DNA of 64,000 nucleotides from Callorhinchus milii. Its lineage: Eukaryota. This document shows positions 1 to 14,150 of this stretch, piece by piece. Under the pieces are notes generated by a model. That model searched no databases and had not been told where the DNA came from. It saw only the letters and a program-made list of their open reading frames with translations. Location: positions 84,384,001 to 84,448,000 of the forward strand of contig NW_024704743.1 in NCBI RefSeq assembly GCF_018977255.1, written 5' to 3'. The first letter of the stretch is position 1, and each line of letters opens with the position of its first letter. A program made the position numbers and the translations under genes.

Positions 1-774
1 TCACCTTAATTTAGGTATAACTTAATTCAGTGGATGCTAGATATTTTTCAGTGATTTGCAAGAAAATCATGAGAACAAGGGTTTTCGTGGAAGCCGTAAA
101 TCATAACTGCAAAGCTCATTCAATTTAAACTTTAAACTCAGCATTCCTGTTGCTGATCCACATAGGGAATTATTCAAAAGTTCATTGTGCTCATAAAATA
201 TGCTTTCTTACCTTTGCAGTACAATATCTGTATAGTGTGGGTCTGAATGTTTCTGCTGAAAGAGTGTATAATGTGAGTCAAGGGTACTTCACCAGTTGTA
301 ATATGTGGCATGGGATTTCAAGGAACGTTTGCTTGTGAATTTGAATCTGCATTACACTGTAATACCAACTTAATTATAATAGTAAGAGGAATGCTTGCAT
401 TACATATAGCGTCTTTCATGTCAGGAGTGACTCTAATTTGTAGGTGAAATTTTGTAATATGGAATGTTTACCCTTTACTCTTTCTTCTCCAATGATTTGT
501 TTGGTGCTGTGCGTCTGTTACCACAAGCTCCAATTATATGTTACTGGAGTGGGAGGCAAATGAGTGCCAGATGGATAACATTTTGCATGACCTCTGAAAC
601 CCTAGTAACTTCAGGTGAAATCAATGGGGCAAACCGTGAATTAACATTCGTAACATTTTCGTGTTTGTAGAATTTGGTTTGTGCTTGATTGAATTTACCT
701 TACATTTTCCCCTTCAATTCCACTACTTTTTAATTATTTTGTTGATAGAGAATTACATAGAATATTGAACTTAC

Positions 775-1110
775 CATCTAGGCTGATACTCCAATGCAGT
801 GCTAGGAGAGTGTGCATTATCAGGAGCATCCTCCTTCTGATGAGATTTCAGTTGCTGAAATGAGCCTGTTCAGGTGGTTGGTAAAGATCCCATGGCACTA
901 TTTAAAAAGAGAAGGGAGTTTCTCCTGACCAAAATCCAGATAAAAATAATCATTCACTTCACGGTCATTTGTGCGACATTACAGTGTGAAATTTGGCTTC
1001 TGCCTTTGCCTAAAACTATGTAGACACTTCACTTTAAAGAAAACTGTGAAGTGCTTTGTGAAGTTTTCTCATGATAAGGTGCTCTATCAAATGAAAGGAT
1101 TATTATTTAT
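775..1110 (+). mobile_element. DeuSINE (SacSINE1-like), 5'-truncated
   Basis: Deu-domain motifs cctgttcaggtgg..taaagatcccatggcactattt..gggagtttctcc; 3' tail gataaggtgctctatcaaatgaaaggattattatt. Confidence 0.8.
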
Positions 1111-1411
1111 AACTTCCGTAGCTTAACAATCTAAATACATGTTATGAATATCACCACAATAAAATGATACTGTAATTTCCCATAAAGTCCATCATTGTAA
1201 TTTTTGCTAGCGTCATTCTTCAATTTGTGTAATGTACTTACCCACTTTTCAACCAGTTTCAAAGTTCCAACGTTTGCTGTTCCAAACAGGGAAATTTAAC
1301 ATTATAGACCTTATTTTATTTGATAAATCCAAACATTTGGGGATTAGTAATGATTTATTTATATTGGACTGAGATGCTTTGACTACTCTATTGGAACATC
1401 CCATAAACAGT

Positions 1412-1760
1412 GATAATAATAATAATCCTTGCATTTGATATAGCGCCTTATCATGTCTTCGAGACATCTCAAAATATACTGTAAAGTGAATTGACAGTAT
1501 ATTTTGTGGGCAAAACATGGCAGCCAATTGCCACAGCAGTGTCTCACAAACAATCGTGCATTGAGTGAACAAATTATTATTTTTTTGGAAGGAAAAACGA
1601 TTTGCCAAACGACTAGCAAGCGGGTTCCTTCTTATTGCTAGGTAAACAGAAACGTGTGTAGTAAAGAAACTTGCCCAACATTTCGCCCCGATTGGGAATC
1701 AAACCCAGGTCCTCTTGCTTGCAAGGCGAGTGCTCTAACCACTAAGCTACAGGACTCCAC
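1412..1760 (-). mobile_element. tRNA-Ala-headed SINE (SINE-B), long form, full length
   Basis: Minus strand starts gtggagtcctgtagcttagtggttagagcactcgccttgcaagc (A box, anticodon arm), B box ggtttgattccc; ends aaatgcaaggatt(att)n. Confidence 0.9.
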
Positions 1761-3969
1761 ATGATGTTATTGATGTTATATAGAGATACATCTGTAGATT
1801 TACTAGCATCTCTTCAGTTCTCCCTCCTTTGCCCAAGAGTCCTTTCTACATGTGTGAGTCTAAACAATGAATATCAGCAGACTAATCAACACCATAGTCT
1901 TTCCAATTCTTGCCAGGCATCCAGAGATGTCCAGTTCTAACAGGTTGCACAATAACATTCTAGAGAAGGAACCCCTAACTGTTATTTGCCTATACCCTAA
2001 ACTCTGTTGTCTCATTAGTTTGCATTTATCATTCCCGAGTCCAGAATGTTGACAAATATTGGAAAGACAGTTATAGCTCCAGTGAGCAGTTTGGAGAATC
2101 ACAAGAGATAGCTGAGAATCACATTAAACTGTACTTTCCTTTCGAACAATACAAACTGTGATCGAGAGAATAATTTTTGACTGAAAATAACATTTTAAAT
2201 AAGGATAACTTCATTATGCTAATCGTAACATAACAACTTTAATCAGCAGCACTTCACCAAAAATTCATCACTCTTAGAAAACAACTTGCATTTATAAAGC
2301 GACCTTCGCATAGCGTAGCATCTCAGAGTACTTCACAGAGATAGCGTTGGACACTGTGTAAAACTATTGGATAGCACACTCACTGCACTGATAGTGGTTG
2401 CCTCTATTAGTCTGTCAAAGGATTTCCACTTGTCTCCTGTGAGAAAGACCTGGTCTGTGCCCCTGGTTTAGGGCGCAGGTCCCAGGCCACATCAGCCTGT
2501 CACTTCCTCTGCACTTTAACCTGGTCAACTCAGTGAGAGAGAGGTCAGCTGTAGTGCCCTGTCATTCAATTGACATAACCCACAGCTCCATTTCAAAGCA
2601 GATAGCAGGAATTAAAAATTAAAGTGCTTGTCGTTTTCTGTCTTTCAGGGCTCAGACCCTGCTTCACAATTAATGGGAATTTATTACTTGGACTCTCTCT
2701 TAGCATCCAGGGTCAAAAGGTAAAGCAGAACTATCACTGATGCCACCATCAAGGTTACTCGCAGCAAATGGACCCTGACAAGTGCACTTTAAAGGGAACA
2801 TTGTACCAGGAATATCATGAGCATGAAAGGAAGACTGATAAGCAAAATAAAGTTTAACGTCCACCAAGATGTCATTAACCCATTAACTCCAGCAATCCAT
2901 CTTAAATATGACTCTTATTGAGTGTCTTGTATTTTGATAGGCTTTATGATATTGACTGATGTTGAAAGTCTGATATTCTATTGAGTTTTAGCCTGTCTTA
3001 AAATTTATGATTGATCGTAGGCAAATTAATTTGGGAGACAGATTTTAGCAGTTCTTAAAAAGAATTGGGTTAAATTGAGACTGAATGAAATTTTTCTTAA
3101 TTATATACAATGTTAAATTTTAAGACAACACTCCTACAGCCTACAACTGGGTGTAATTTTGATCCTTAAAGTATATATATTATATATATTATATACATGA
3201 CATTTGGAGGATGTAATTAACAAAACAGGATATGCATACATTAATTAAATTCAATAATTCCACCACTTCAAGATGAATGTGAATATGAATCGTCATTGCA
3301 TTGGAAATAAAATTATAAACCTGTCACTAAAACATATTAGAAAAGTTACTGGTGTTTCAGCACTTTGTTGTGTTGTTCTCAGAGGCTCCACTTACAGTTA
3401 CTTTATTGCAAATCCTGTGAAGCACTTTGAGACATCCTTCTGACATGAAAGGCACAATATCACAGATGATTATCATTATTATTGTACTTATTATTTATTC
3501 CACTGTTGAAAGAAAAGGGGATCAAAATTGCGGAATTCATAAACATTTTCCATTCCTTTATTATTGCTTGAGAGGTTAAGAACAGTACTGAAACTGCAAG
3601 TAAAACAATGCCCTTAAAACCTGTCCTTATGAACAGATGTAGGAATAGTTACCCTATTAACAATGGGAGAATGGATTCATCCTCCCGACCTTTCAGAATT
3701 GAATTGCAGCCAATATTTCATTTAGGAAGAACCTAATTGTTGGATTGTCCCAGATTCTAGGACTTTTGAACTTTAAGATCTTGCTTCAAAATGTGGAGCA
3801 CTTTAGGAGTGACAACTGGGAGTGACAAACCTGGGTCACAAAGGATAAAAGTGTGGGATGCTTCCAAACTGCTAAAGAAAGTGAAAATATTCCACACAGG
3901 ATGTTTCTGTGACATTAACTATTATAATATTTCAGCTCAAAATGGTAACCTGCTTTCTAAACCAAGCAC

Positions 3970-4205
3970 TATTAGCAGTATAATATCTGCCCTGTTGGTT
4001 CCTCTCTTCAAAAAATGAAGGGAGTTTCTCCATGACAACAATCCTCCACATTAATTGAATTAATGATATTTACCTCATGGCTGTTTATGTTTATGAAATA
4101 ATGCTGGTGCAAATGGTTGCTGTGCTGTTTGCTTGACAGTAACTACTTGGAAACTGCTTTGAGATATATTGCCATTATAAGACACTATAAAACTACAAGT
4201 TCTTC
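3970..4205 (+). mobile_element. DeuSINE fragment, degraded
   Basis: gaagggagtttctcc..acaatcctcc..catggctgttt..gcaaatggttgctg; tail acactataaaactacaagt. Confidence 0.6.
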
Positions 4206-4504
4206 ATCTTAATAGTGTTCCTTGTAATGGAGGAAGAGGATGAGGATGAAAATTACCTTGTACATGTTAGAGAAAAGAACTGAAAGAAATGTAAAAACTG
4301 TTTCTCACCTCAACATATTTGTTGTTCAGCTCGCAGTCAGTGTGAATCTGCATTTAAAAAAAAGCAGGTTATTAACTGGAATCTTCAGTGAAATGAAAGA
4401 AAGGTGCTGGGCAGGTACAGGTGCCTCCTGTCAACTAAGTTACTACACTATTGAATATTGGCAGAAATTTCTGCAATACGGTGGGTCCTTCTACATAATA
4501 AATA

Positions 4505-4730
4505 GGTGTCAGATGGTAGCACTCTCACCTCTGAGTCAGAAGGTTGTGAGTTCAGGCCCCACGTTGGTTGCTTTGACCTCATAATTCAGGCTAACCTCAT
4601 AATTCAATACAGTGTTGATGGAGTGCTGCATTTAGAAGAGAAATAAATTTTGCCCATCATCCTGGCTCACAATCCCCATCTTAAAACAAAATGGACATTA
4701 ATGTCATGACTGTTTGTAGGACATTGCTAA
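4505..4730 (+). mobile_element. DeuSINE, head plus internally deleted body
   Basis: tggtagcactctcacctctgagtcagaaggttgtgagttcaggcccc tRNA-like head; ggagtgctgcatt; catgactgtttgtaggacattgct. Confidence 0.75.
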
Positions 4731-7379
4731 GTCAAAGAAAACTTAGAACTCTAATTTTAAAATATATCTGTTGCTGAGAACAGAGAAGATTTCAACAGGT
4801 TAGGTACACTTCACCATTTTTCTGTTTCCTAGAAAATGCAATTGAACACCAAAGAATCAAAAGTTCAGCCACAATCTGTTACTTCAGGTCAATACTTTAA
4901 ATGGTCATGGATCTAAGAATACAGTGCCTGAACTTTGTTTAAATAGTTTCTCTTCTGTTAATTAACATGGATCAAAATGTAGCATAAAGACAAAACAATT
5001 AACAATGTAATTATTTTAACCCGTTTTCACTCAGGAACTGTCAAAATTGATTATCCGAATTGTGTTGATTCTAGTTTTGACGGACAATTGGATTCCAGTT
5101 TGCCCTTTAAATCTTTTTAAACATACATTCTTGGTGCTTCACATTAAAACAAGTCTGTTGGGAATATGTATTTCCTATAATATTCTAATACCAGTCATGT
5201 TATTTAATATAACTTTGAGCTCAATTATGTTGCTGTCTTGTAGATTAGTAGTTTAACTATTTTCATATTTTTGATGTCTTCCTGATTACATATGTTCATA
5301 CAAAATAATATAACCAAATAATGTACAAAAATACTGCAAAGATTTATGTAAATAATGTCTTTTGTCATTCGATCTGAAGCCAGTAAAATATATGTGCTAT
5401 AAAAAAAACACCAGCAGTAAGTCTCACCTCATGAAATTTCAGTACATTTCACCCACCAGAAAATCATTGCTTTTATTGGTAGTGATTACAAAAATTCATA
5501 AGTGTAACATACACTTATGATTAATCATAGCACAAATAAGTATCCCCTAGAGAAGCGCCAAAGTACTGGAAAATATAGGGAGTGTGATGTACAAGAAAAC
5601 TCTATTGAAAATCTTGGAATACTTCAATACACAGCAAAACTATCAACCCTCAATGGTAACCTCAGAACACTTGCATAGCATTCATTTCATTTTGTTCACA
5701 ACAGCCTATTGCAACTGAGAGAGAAATTAAATAACGTGGTATGAACTACAAACAAAGTGCAGGGTTAGTCACCCACAAAACACACAGTCACTGCACTTTA
5801 CAGTATCTCCTGTGAAGCATTTTGTGGCATCTTCCTGATGTGAAAATGCTATATCAAGTGCAAGGATTATTATTATTCTTCCTTTCAACATAGGCAGTCA
5901 CGGTACCCCATTACTAATTTTAGGAACATTATCATGAAAATATGCCAAGCAATGATCAAGAGTTTCCCAAAAAGGAAGGAGGGGAATGGGATGTAGAGGC
6001 ATCTCCAATTACTCTTAGATATCTTATCCTCTGTAGGGATATAACAGCATGGACAGAGATCTTAAAGCAGATTGTTTGCTCAGAGAAGGCACACAGCTGA
6101 AGGAAGACAAGGGAAAGAAATAACAAAAACACAACAAAGCTCTTTACAAGCAATGCATTTCATTTCAACCCCTCAAAATATATCTGCTAACAAAAATCCT
6201 ATAAATGTACTCAGTTTTCTGTCTAAATCCATACTACGCTAAAGAAAGAAATCGGAAGGAAACCTGATTCACAATATATATAGAAATATATGTCAGAAAC
6301 CTACAATTTTTTATATTGGTATTGATACAAACCAATCTGAGAGCCTCACCCTGTCAACCATTTCACTAAATGTGGGTCTGGAGCATTGGAATTCACTTAA
6401 AAATCCCATTGACATCAGACTGACTGAAAACTCAATGTCTAGTTCAATTTCTGCATTCTCAGTGCTGTCTTTCTTTATTCATTACACTCAAATTTGCCTT
6501 CACCAGTTCTATTTTCACCAAAACAACAGCTGTTTATATGGGAGTGTTGGTTGAGGATTGAGGGTATTTTTGTTGGGGTGGGGGACATGGCAGAAGATAA
6601 TCTGCACCAGAACCACAATGATACTGGCTTTTAAATTATATTATCAAGAAATCCAACCCTTGTACTAATGAAGGTCATCTTATTTTCTTTAGTGATTCTA
6701 TCATGATTCTAATTAAAACATGCAAACTGGGAAGAGGCCATGTTTGGTGTATCTTGGCCAACGTGTGCTTATTGGGATCGATGTGCATCTGCCTCAACAA
6801 CCTTGAGCAAAACCTTCATCACTGAGTTTCAGCTCATGAACTTTCAGTCCATTTTTTCTGCCAGAAACGTCATTATACACTTTCTTTGTGAAGTGATGTC
6901 AGCGGAGCTTCTTGCATGTAACACACCTATGCAGAGTGTAGATAATGATGTTAGAAGCACTTGTTGTACATAGTGTGCAACAAGCAAGAAGTACATTAGT
7001 GGTGACCTGACAACCTGGATTGGCCAATTTTTAGTATGGGAAGACAGCTAGTCAGCACCAAAAGTGGAGAACAGCAGCAAACCAGTGCTATAAGTGAGGC
7101 AACAAAGGAAGCAAGGAATGAGTAATAATCAAAGGGGACCATAATATCAGGACACTATAACAGGATTTCTCAATAAATAGAAAAAATATAAATACCATTA
7201 ATGCATTTATAATTAATTATTCCTGTGTGAAAGTCCATATTCCATGCATATGATTGTATTATAAGAAACAACAACTTGCAGTTATTATAGCACTTTTCAC
7301 ATGGAATGCCCTGGCACAAACCATTTAACAAATATGATGGAGAACACAGAATAGGGAGAAGGAAATGAGATTACAATAA

Positions 7380-7660
7380 GCATACTGATCCTTGCATTGT
7401 GGTATAACACCTTTCACGTCAGGAGAATGTCTAAAAATGTTTAATTGAATTTACTGTAAAGTGTAGTGACTGTGTACCTGTTGATATTACCAATATAATA
7501 ATCTTTCCATTTGATATAGTGTCTTATGATGTCGTTGAGACATCTCAAAGCGTTCAAGAATGTACTGTGAAGTGAATTGTATTTTGTTGTCAAAAAGCGG
7601 CAGCTAATTTTGCACAGCAGCATCCCACAAACAGTCATGGATTGAGTGAACACTTATTTT
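7380..7660 (-). mobile_element. Two stacked SINE 3' fragments
   Basis: Two successive reverse tails (atccttgcattg..., aataatctttccatttgatatag...) followed by gcagctaattttgcacagcagcatcccacaaacagtcatg. Confidence 0.75.
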
Positions 7661-7689
7661 TTAGAGAGATTGTTATAAGAATAAGATAA

Positions 7690-7992
7690 GAATAATCCTT
7701 GCCTTTGATATAGAGCTTTTTACGTCTTCTAGACGTCTCAAAGCGCTTCACAGAATATACTGTAAAATGAATTGACTGTATATTGTAGGAGAAACGCGAC
7801 AGCCAATTGCACACAATTATTACCCCTGAAAGCGATCCACCAATCGATTAACACTTGGGTTTCTACTTACTGCTAGGTAAATAGAAGCATATGGAGTAAG
7901 GGAACTTGCCTAAGGTTTCACCCTGCCCAGGAATCAAACCCAGGTCCTCTGCTTGCGAGGCGAGTGTTCTAAACAATATGATACAGACTCCC
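7690..7992 (-). mobile_element. SINE-B, long form with internal deletion
   Basis: aataatccttgcctttgata tail; ttactgctaggtaaa..ggaacttgcc; head aaacccaggtcctctgcttgcgaggcgagtgttctaa. Confidence 0.85.
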
Positions 7993-8499
7993 GCTTGTAA
8001 ATACAATGTGAGAATTCTTCATTCTGATTTACTGTTAGAGTTTTGACACAACCACTCAGTTCCACACTACCAATGTCAACACCGGGTAAATCTTCAGTAA
8101 AGCTTGGACAATTTTGTATAAAGAATATCCTGTCAAGCAAAGAAAGCCAGAGCTGACATATAGGCAGACTACTGCATGCTCATGGTGTGATCACCCGTAT
8201 TTTATTGGGTCCATTTCCATCACTGTGGACATGTTATTGCACACTGCCCTCAGAGCTCCATCAAACAAGCATAAATCTATCGAGGATAAATGAAGATCCC
8301 TACAAAAAACATTATGCAAGGTAAACCCAAACTCGGATGCAGCAAGGCTTAATTAAACAGAATACTCCGAAATAGATCAACATGGAAAATAAAAATGTGT
8401 TTACGCACCTTGTAGGGAGAAAAGGAGGGCAACCATTGGACTGGACTAAGAACAAACGATTCACATAAGTAGATTAAATTGATGATAGCAGTAACAAAA

Positions 8500-8812
8500 G
8501 TAATAATAATAATACTTGCATTTGATACAGCGCCTTATCAAGTCATCAAGACATCTCAAAGCACTTCAAGGATATAAGGTAAAGTGGTTTGCCTTGAAGG
8601 GACTGTGTGGGATGGAGTTCCAGGGTGGAGACAGAGATGCTGAAAGTCCAATCACCGATGGTAGGTGGGCTGGATGGGGGACGTGGGGGGCCAGAACCTG
8701 CTGAGCGGAGTGAGTGGACAGGTTGATATGGAGTTTGTAGTTTACAGAGGTAGGAAGGAGCAAAGATGCAGAGGGCTTTGAAGGCAAGGACGAGGATTTT
8801 GAAATCTAATGT
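8500..8812 (-). mobile_element. SINE-type tail joined to L2 LINE ORF2 3' fragment
   Basis: ORF 8546-8827 reads LDFKILVLAFKAL..APSYL..HSLRS..PTIGDWTFS, colinear with the L2 at 33859. Confidence 0.85.
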
Positions 8813-9394
8813 CTTCCTGCTGAACATATAGATGGGATGTTAGTGTAACATCTCAATAATGCAGTTCTCACAGCGCAGCATTGGAGTGTCATCCTGGACT
8901 GGATAATCCCAAAATTGTTAAGGGCCTACTCATTTTGTTAAATCTGCCCGTCTCATTTTGTGAGTCAATCCCCACCCATTGCGTTTGTATAGAGCCAGAT
9001 TGTAAATTGAAAACTAATTAAATCAATCATCAGAAACCAAATGGAAGGGCATCAGTGGGAAACTAAACTAAGAAATGACAGTGAAAAGTTCGAAAGAACT
9101 GACCAACTACTTTCATGAGAAGATAACATCCCAAATTGCCAATAGGAAATGATAGCCAAACCTAGACGTTCAAAATAGCTTTGATAATGTGCAGCATAAG
9201 AGGTTACATTATCTTGTTATGGTTTACCTCTCCACTATATTGTACTTTGGTATGTACTCTGGAAATAAACACAATTATCCTAGTTTAGCATAGGAACAAA
9301 TAATCATAATAGGATCCTATCTGAGGACTGACATGAACACAAGATCAAAGTGGATCCTCATTTCATTGTGAAATTTCTTTGATCTTTGTTCTAA

Positions 9395-9698
9395 CTGGAG
9401 TCTGTGACTAGAGGGCATAAGGTTAAGATAGTTAGCAAACGAGCAAATGGGGATGTTAGAAGGATTTTTTCATACACAAACTAGTTAGCCTATGGAATGC
9501 CCTGCTGGGAGTCGTGGTTGAGGCAGAATCCATGTTAACTTTCAAAAGAGGACCAGATAAATATCAAAAAAGGAATAAACATGGGCATGGGGAAAGGGCA
9601 GGTGAATGGGACTGAAAGAGTTTCCCTTAAACGAACCTACCACGGACACAACGGGCCAAATGGCCGCTTTCTGTCCTGTAAATTTCTATGGTTCTATA
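9395..9698 (+). mobile_element. CR1 LINE 3' end
   Basis: actagagggcataag (TRGH), tggaatgccctg..gtggttgaggcag, gggccaaatggcc..ttctatggttctat CR1-type terminus. Confidence 0.85.
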
Positions 9699-10146
9699 GT
9701 TTTAACAAATCATTCTGCAGCACTAGCAAAATGTTGAACCAAAGTGAGTTAACGCCACATGAATTCTTGCGACCCCTAAATTGTAATTGGTTATTAATAA
9801 TAATATAATCCTTGCATTTGATATAGCACCTTATCAAATTAGTAAAATGTTTCAAAGCGCTTTACTGGAATTTTACTATGAAATGTAGCCTCAGAGTTAG
9901 AAATGGTGAAAGCAGTAGGCTTCACATGCTGCAGGTTTGAATCCTGGTTTATACTGAGTTACCTGATTTCAGAGAGGAGGGCAGTTTAGGTGCTCGAGGA
10001 AAGGTTTAAATTACAATTTATGTAATACTGTTACCAGATCCATGATGGCCAAGCAAAATAGTAATAAATCTTTTCAAACTGCAATAAATTGAAGATTTTA
10101 TTTTAAAAATATGAGGACGAAGTGACACAGAATACAGTATTCAAAA

Positions 10147-10400
10147 AACAACTTGTGTTTATTTAGAACCCTTCATGGAGTTTAACGTCTCAGAACGTTT
10201 AACATTGACATCAAGCTGGAGAGAGAAGGGAGGTGACCGTAAGCCCGGTTGAAGAGGAAGATCTTTAGGTATGATCTCAAGATGGACAAAGAGGTGGCAA
10301 GGCAGAGGGATTGAGACAGGCTGCTGATCTGGAGCAGAAGATCGAGGGATGTGCAGGAGGCTGGAGCCAGCTGAGCGAAGGGACAGTATAGAGGAGTTGG
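10147..10400 (-). mobile_element. L2 3' fragment
   Basis: ORF 10182-10448 includes SYLKIFLFNRAYG; tail caacttgtgtttatttag. Confidence 0.75.
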
Positions 10401-11465
10401 GCTAAAAAAGCTAAAGATGTCATTTTCTAGCACCCTCTTTCTCCCCATCCTTCCTTAGACATCTATCAAAGACCATGGATTAATCTAAAATAAACGCGTA
10501 TATTAAAAGTCAAACAAACAATGGCCTATTTTCACATTAGTTTTGCTGGAAGCACCATCACACTAAAATATATAATATATGTAAAAATATCAGAGGCAAA
10601 TAATTCAATTCAGAAGCAAAAACGGATGCATAGTCTTGATAAATTTCAATTGAAGATTTTAGTGCTGGAATAGAATGGTTTTAAGAGGAAATCTTGGTAT
10701 CAATACTTTAAAAAAAACTGCTGAAAAAAATTGATTGATTTTTGACATGACCTGAACCTACGTGGCTTTTATTTTTGAATATTGTTGTTTAAACAACGAT
10801 TGCTGATGACATGATCTGGACAACCTGCTTAACAGCATGACAGGGCATGAGAAGTGAATTAATTCTTCGCATTCTGGGAGCAGGGTTACTCATTTGTTCA
10901 CTGTTCTCTGTGGGCATCTGTTGACATGTAAAAATACATTAAAGATTGACCTTGTGACATCATAGATGCAACAAAATCAATCAAACTATTCTGGTGTTTG
11001 ATTAGCTAAACAAATAGCCTTTGGTGACAGTTTTTTAACCAATCTCAACCCGTTTTCACTTTCGAGTGGCTTCTTCCAAAATGTTATGGAGAGACACAGG
11101 AATAGGGAGAAGGGCCAAGGTTTAACAAAGGTTTTCAAAATACTTTTAGTTTTGGAACTCAGAATAAAAAGATAAATCAGAGTCAATCAAATACAAAATA
11201 TACAAAGTCCAGGATGAAGCATGTTGTGCATTGTCTGTGAAGTGAACAAGCTTGACAGGCTTGATCCTCCTTGTTCTTTTCTGTATTTTTTGTGACACAA
11301 ACTCACCATGTAAACACTGATGACACCATTTCTTTTTATTTTATATTGACGTTGTCATTTTATTGTATCTTGTCGTGAAGATGAAAAACTTGGAGGCAGA
11401 AGTGACAATCAGTGATTTGGGGATTTGAAGAAGATGGCAGTATTTCCTTTATAAGATACTGTCCC

Positions 11466-11730
11466 CACAACAACAACATCAAATTACATTTGGATAGTGC
11501 CTTTCAAATTGGGAAGAAGTCCCAAGGTGCTTGGACCTGAACAGGGGGTTGAGATCAAGTGATGTGGGTAGAGGGGTAGGAGGGTGACAAAAAGCAAGGT
11601 CAAAGAGGAGGGTCTTGAGATGCTCAGCCCACCCCACCACTGTCTGTTGTGCCTTCAGCCTCTCTGCCCCATCCTGAGGAACTCCATCCCACAATGCCTT
11701 GCTCCTTCCTTGCCTCCTTAAAAGTGGATT
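11466..11730. mobile_element. L2 3' fragments in opposite orientations
   Basis: Reverse (caa)n tail with LKTLLFDLAF, then forward gccttcagcctctctgcccca..ggaactccatccc. Confidence 0.65.
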
Positions 11731-12464
11731 GACTGTATTTTGTGGGTTGATCTGGAGTCACCAGAGGGGGAACATTTGTTCTGTTAGTACTGACTAGTAC
11801 CAGATCAATTTCCAGGCCAATCCCATACATTGCGTTTTGGATTCCATTAAGGAGCCCCTGTTTTATTGTGTATAGAGATGGGAGAGAGCATTTATTCCTG
11901 CACCGTACCCCTTTAGACTCTACTGTTCAAGATTTCAAAAATGGAACATAAAATAACATTAGTACTTTGGGAAGAAACTTCAGACAAAGAACCTCCAATG
12001 GATCATCCTCCGAGTCAGGGTAGAGTGGGAAGTCCATCAGATCATCAAATAACTTCTAGGAAGTGTGAATTGGCAACACTCCAGGGCTATATAGTGAGGG
12101 AGACAGGTGGGGGAATAGTGTAGCCAGGAGAGTGACAACTTGTGGATTTTACACAGGAAGACTGACTTGATAGCATAATTTTCCCATAACATTAAAACAC
12201 ATTGTAAAAAACCACAAAATGTGATACGCCTAGCATGAAAATTTGATTATCAAAGAAACATTCTTGTAACTCAATAATTTGTCATTCAATTTTTTTTGTT
12301 GTAGGTATTGCTAATCCATGTGATGAAAGTGAATGGCAGTTTTGCGGTTGTGCACGGATTAACTGTAGAGTGGCTACACAATAGGAACCTCTCAGGAAAT
12401 GCCCTGTGACTTTCATTACACTATACAGTCCACATGGCTGACATGATATAAGGAGGCTGCTCAA

Positions 12465-13275
12465 GCCCTAGAGGCAGTGGTAGGAGAGCAATGAAGTTGA
12501 TTCCCAGTGTTAGAGCTGTGAGAAATGGCTGATTAAGTTAGGGCTCTTCAGCTTTAAAAATTGACATCTCAAAAGAGAGGTACAAAAGATGCTAAATGGG
12601 ATGCAGAAAGTAAATGCCAATAATTCTTTCAAATGTGCCAAGGCAGGAGGACAAGATCCTCGACTTCAAGATCCTCACACTCGAGTCCAAATCCCTTCAC
12701 TCTCTGGCACCTCCCTACCTCTCTGACCTCCTCATTCCCAAATTCACCACCCGGCATCTCTGCTCGACTGGTACCAGCTTCCTGCTTGTCCCTCGCGCTT
12801 TCAGCCACTATGCCCCAAAACTCTGAAACACTCTCCCTCAATCCCTCCGCCTTGCCCCACCTCTCCCCCTTTTCAAGTCCCACCTGAAAACTTACCTCTT
12901 TGACCGCGCTTATGGCCATTTCCCCGCACCCACCCCCCATCCTCCACCGGCTTGGAGTCAGGCTCCGCCACTGTTAAGCGCTCTGAGACGCTACCCTGTG
13001 TGGAGGGCGCAATATAAGTGCAACTTGCTGTGGTTGACAAGAAGGCACATGTTCAGGTTTGTGAAGGTTTTTTTTAAAGACAGACACTAGAAAGTATTTC
13101 TTTACACAGAAGGTAATTCACATCTGGAACAGGTTACTATCCATGAACAGTGGATGAGGGTAGCATGCTGGACTCTTAAGAACAGCTTGATGCTGTTTGG
13201 GAAGATGAGGTTCTGGAAGGATGAGATTAAATAGGCCGAAGGGCCTTTTCCACCAAATTTCTCTTGTGATCTTGT
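12465..13275 (+). mobile_element. CR1 fragment (12465-12615 and 13040-13275) interrupted by L2
   Basis: ctagaggcagtg..gggctcttcagcttt on the left; ttctttacacagaaggt..tggaacagg..ggccgaagggcctttt on the right. Confidence 0.75.
12650..13035 (+). mobile_element. L2 3' fragment inserted in CR1
   Basis: ILDFKILTL..LHSLAPPYLSDLL; acctgaaaacttacctctttgaccgcgc; tail tataagtgcaacttgctgtggttg. Confidence 0.85.
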
Positions 13276-13884
13276 GTTAACGAAGTTTTGCCAGGAAGAA
13301 GGAACTCAAGGACATCCAGGCTCAAGATAGTCAAATCCATCGCAGTCTTTTGCAGAAAATTCTGTTCTGCGCTGCAAAATAATATTGCCAAGAAAAAAAA
13401 CACTAACACCAGGCTATTGTAGGTGAAATTGGAAGTTGCAAATAGTTTCATGTCCTCACAGGAACCTTGGTTGCTGACATCTATGTTCAATTTATCAGCC
13501 AATTGGATATGTAGTTAACAGAGGTAAGTATGAAATGGCCACAAACTAGCTAAGCTGTTCACGTTTACATTACATTGAAACCGCTCTTTGTCAGTATTAT
13601 TATAGACAGCATTATTATAGCATTATTATAGACCCAAGTTGCCTCTTAGAAACCTTTATTTTTGTCCAAAAAGGCAACAGTTCGGTAGATGTTTTTATTT
13701 TCCTGATAAGGACAACACATTAGGCCACCAGAATATATCCCATTTTTTTTTAAATTACAGTCACGTTGCTCAGAATAACAGACGATAATGAGGAGAAGAT
13801 GCTGAGCGGGTTTGTAACTGTTTGACCCTACAACCAATGTGGCCTGGGATGAAACTGGGGTGAAATAATTATATTGAATCTGTT

Positions 13885-14150
13885 ATATGTCCCCATCCCA
13901 TCTCCTTCTGCCGCCATCGGTGGTCACATTTCAGTTACTATTCCCCTAACCTCTGGAACTCCTTCCCTCTACCTCGCCCCTCTCTATTTATCTTTAAATC
14001 CTGCGTTAAAAGCCACCTCTTCAACTGCACATACAGTTACCTCCCCCTTAGCCCCCTCCTTACTGCCTTGCTCGGAGTCCAACTCTGTCATTGTGAAGTA
14101 CTTCAATATGTTATTCTACGTGAAGAAGATTATATAAAGCACATTGTTAT
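13885..14150 (+). mobile_element. L2 3' fragment
   Basis: gccatcggtggtc (AIGG), ctctggaactcc (LWNS), tail tatataaagcacattgttatt. Confidence 0.75.

Noticed and set aside
6735..6900. Possible RTE-LINE 3' remnant
   Set aside because: Only a faint peptide resemblance; not supportable
13462..13524. Possible exon (cacag|...gag|gtaagt)
   Set aside because: Stops in all three frames; a non-coding exon cannot be excluded without RNA data
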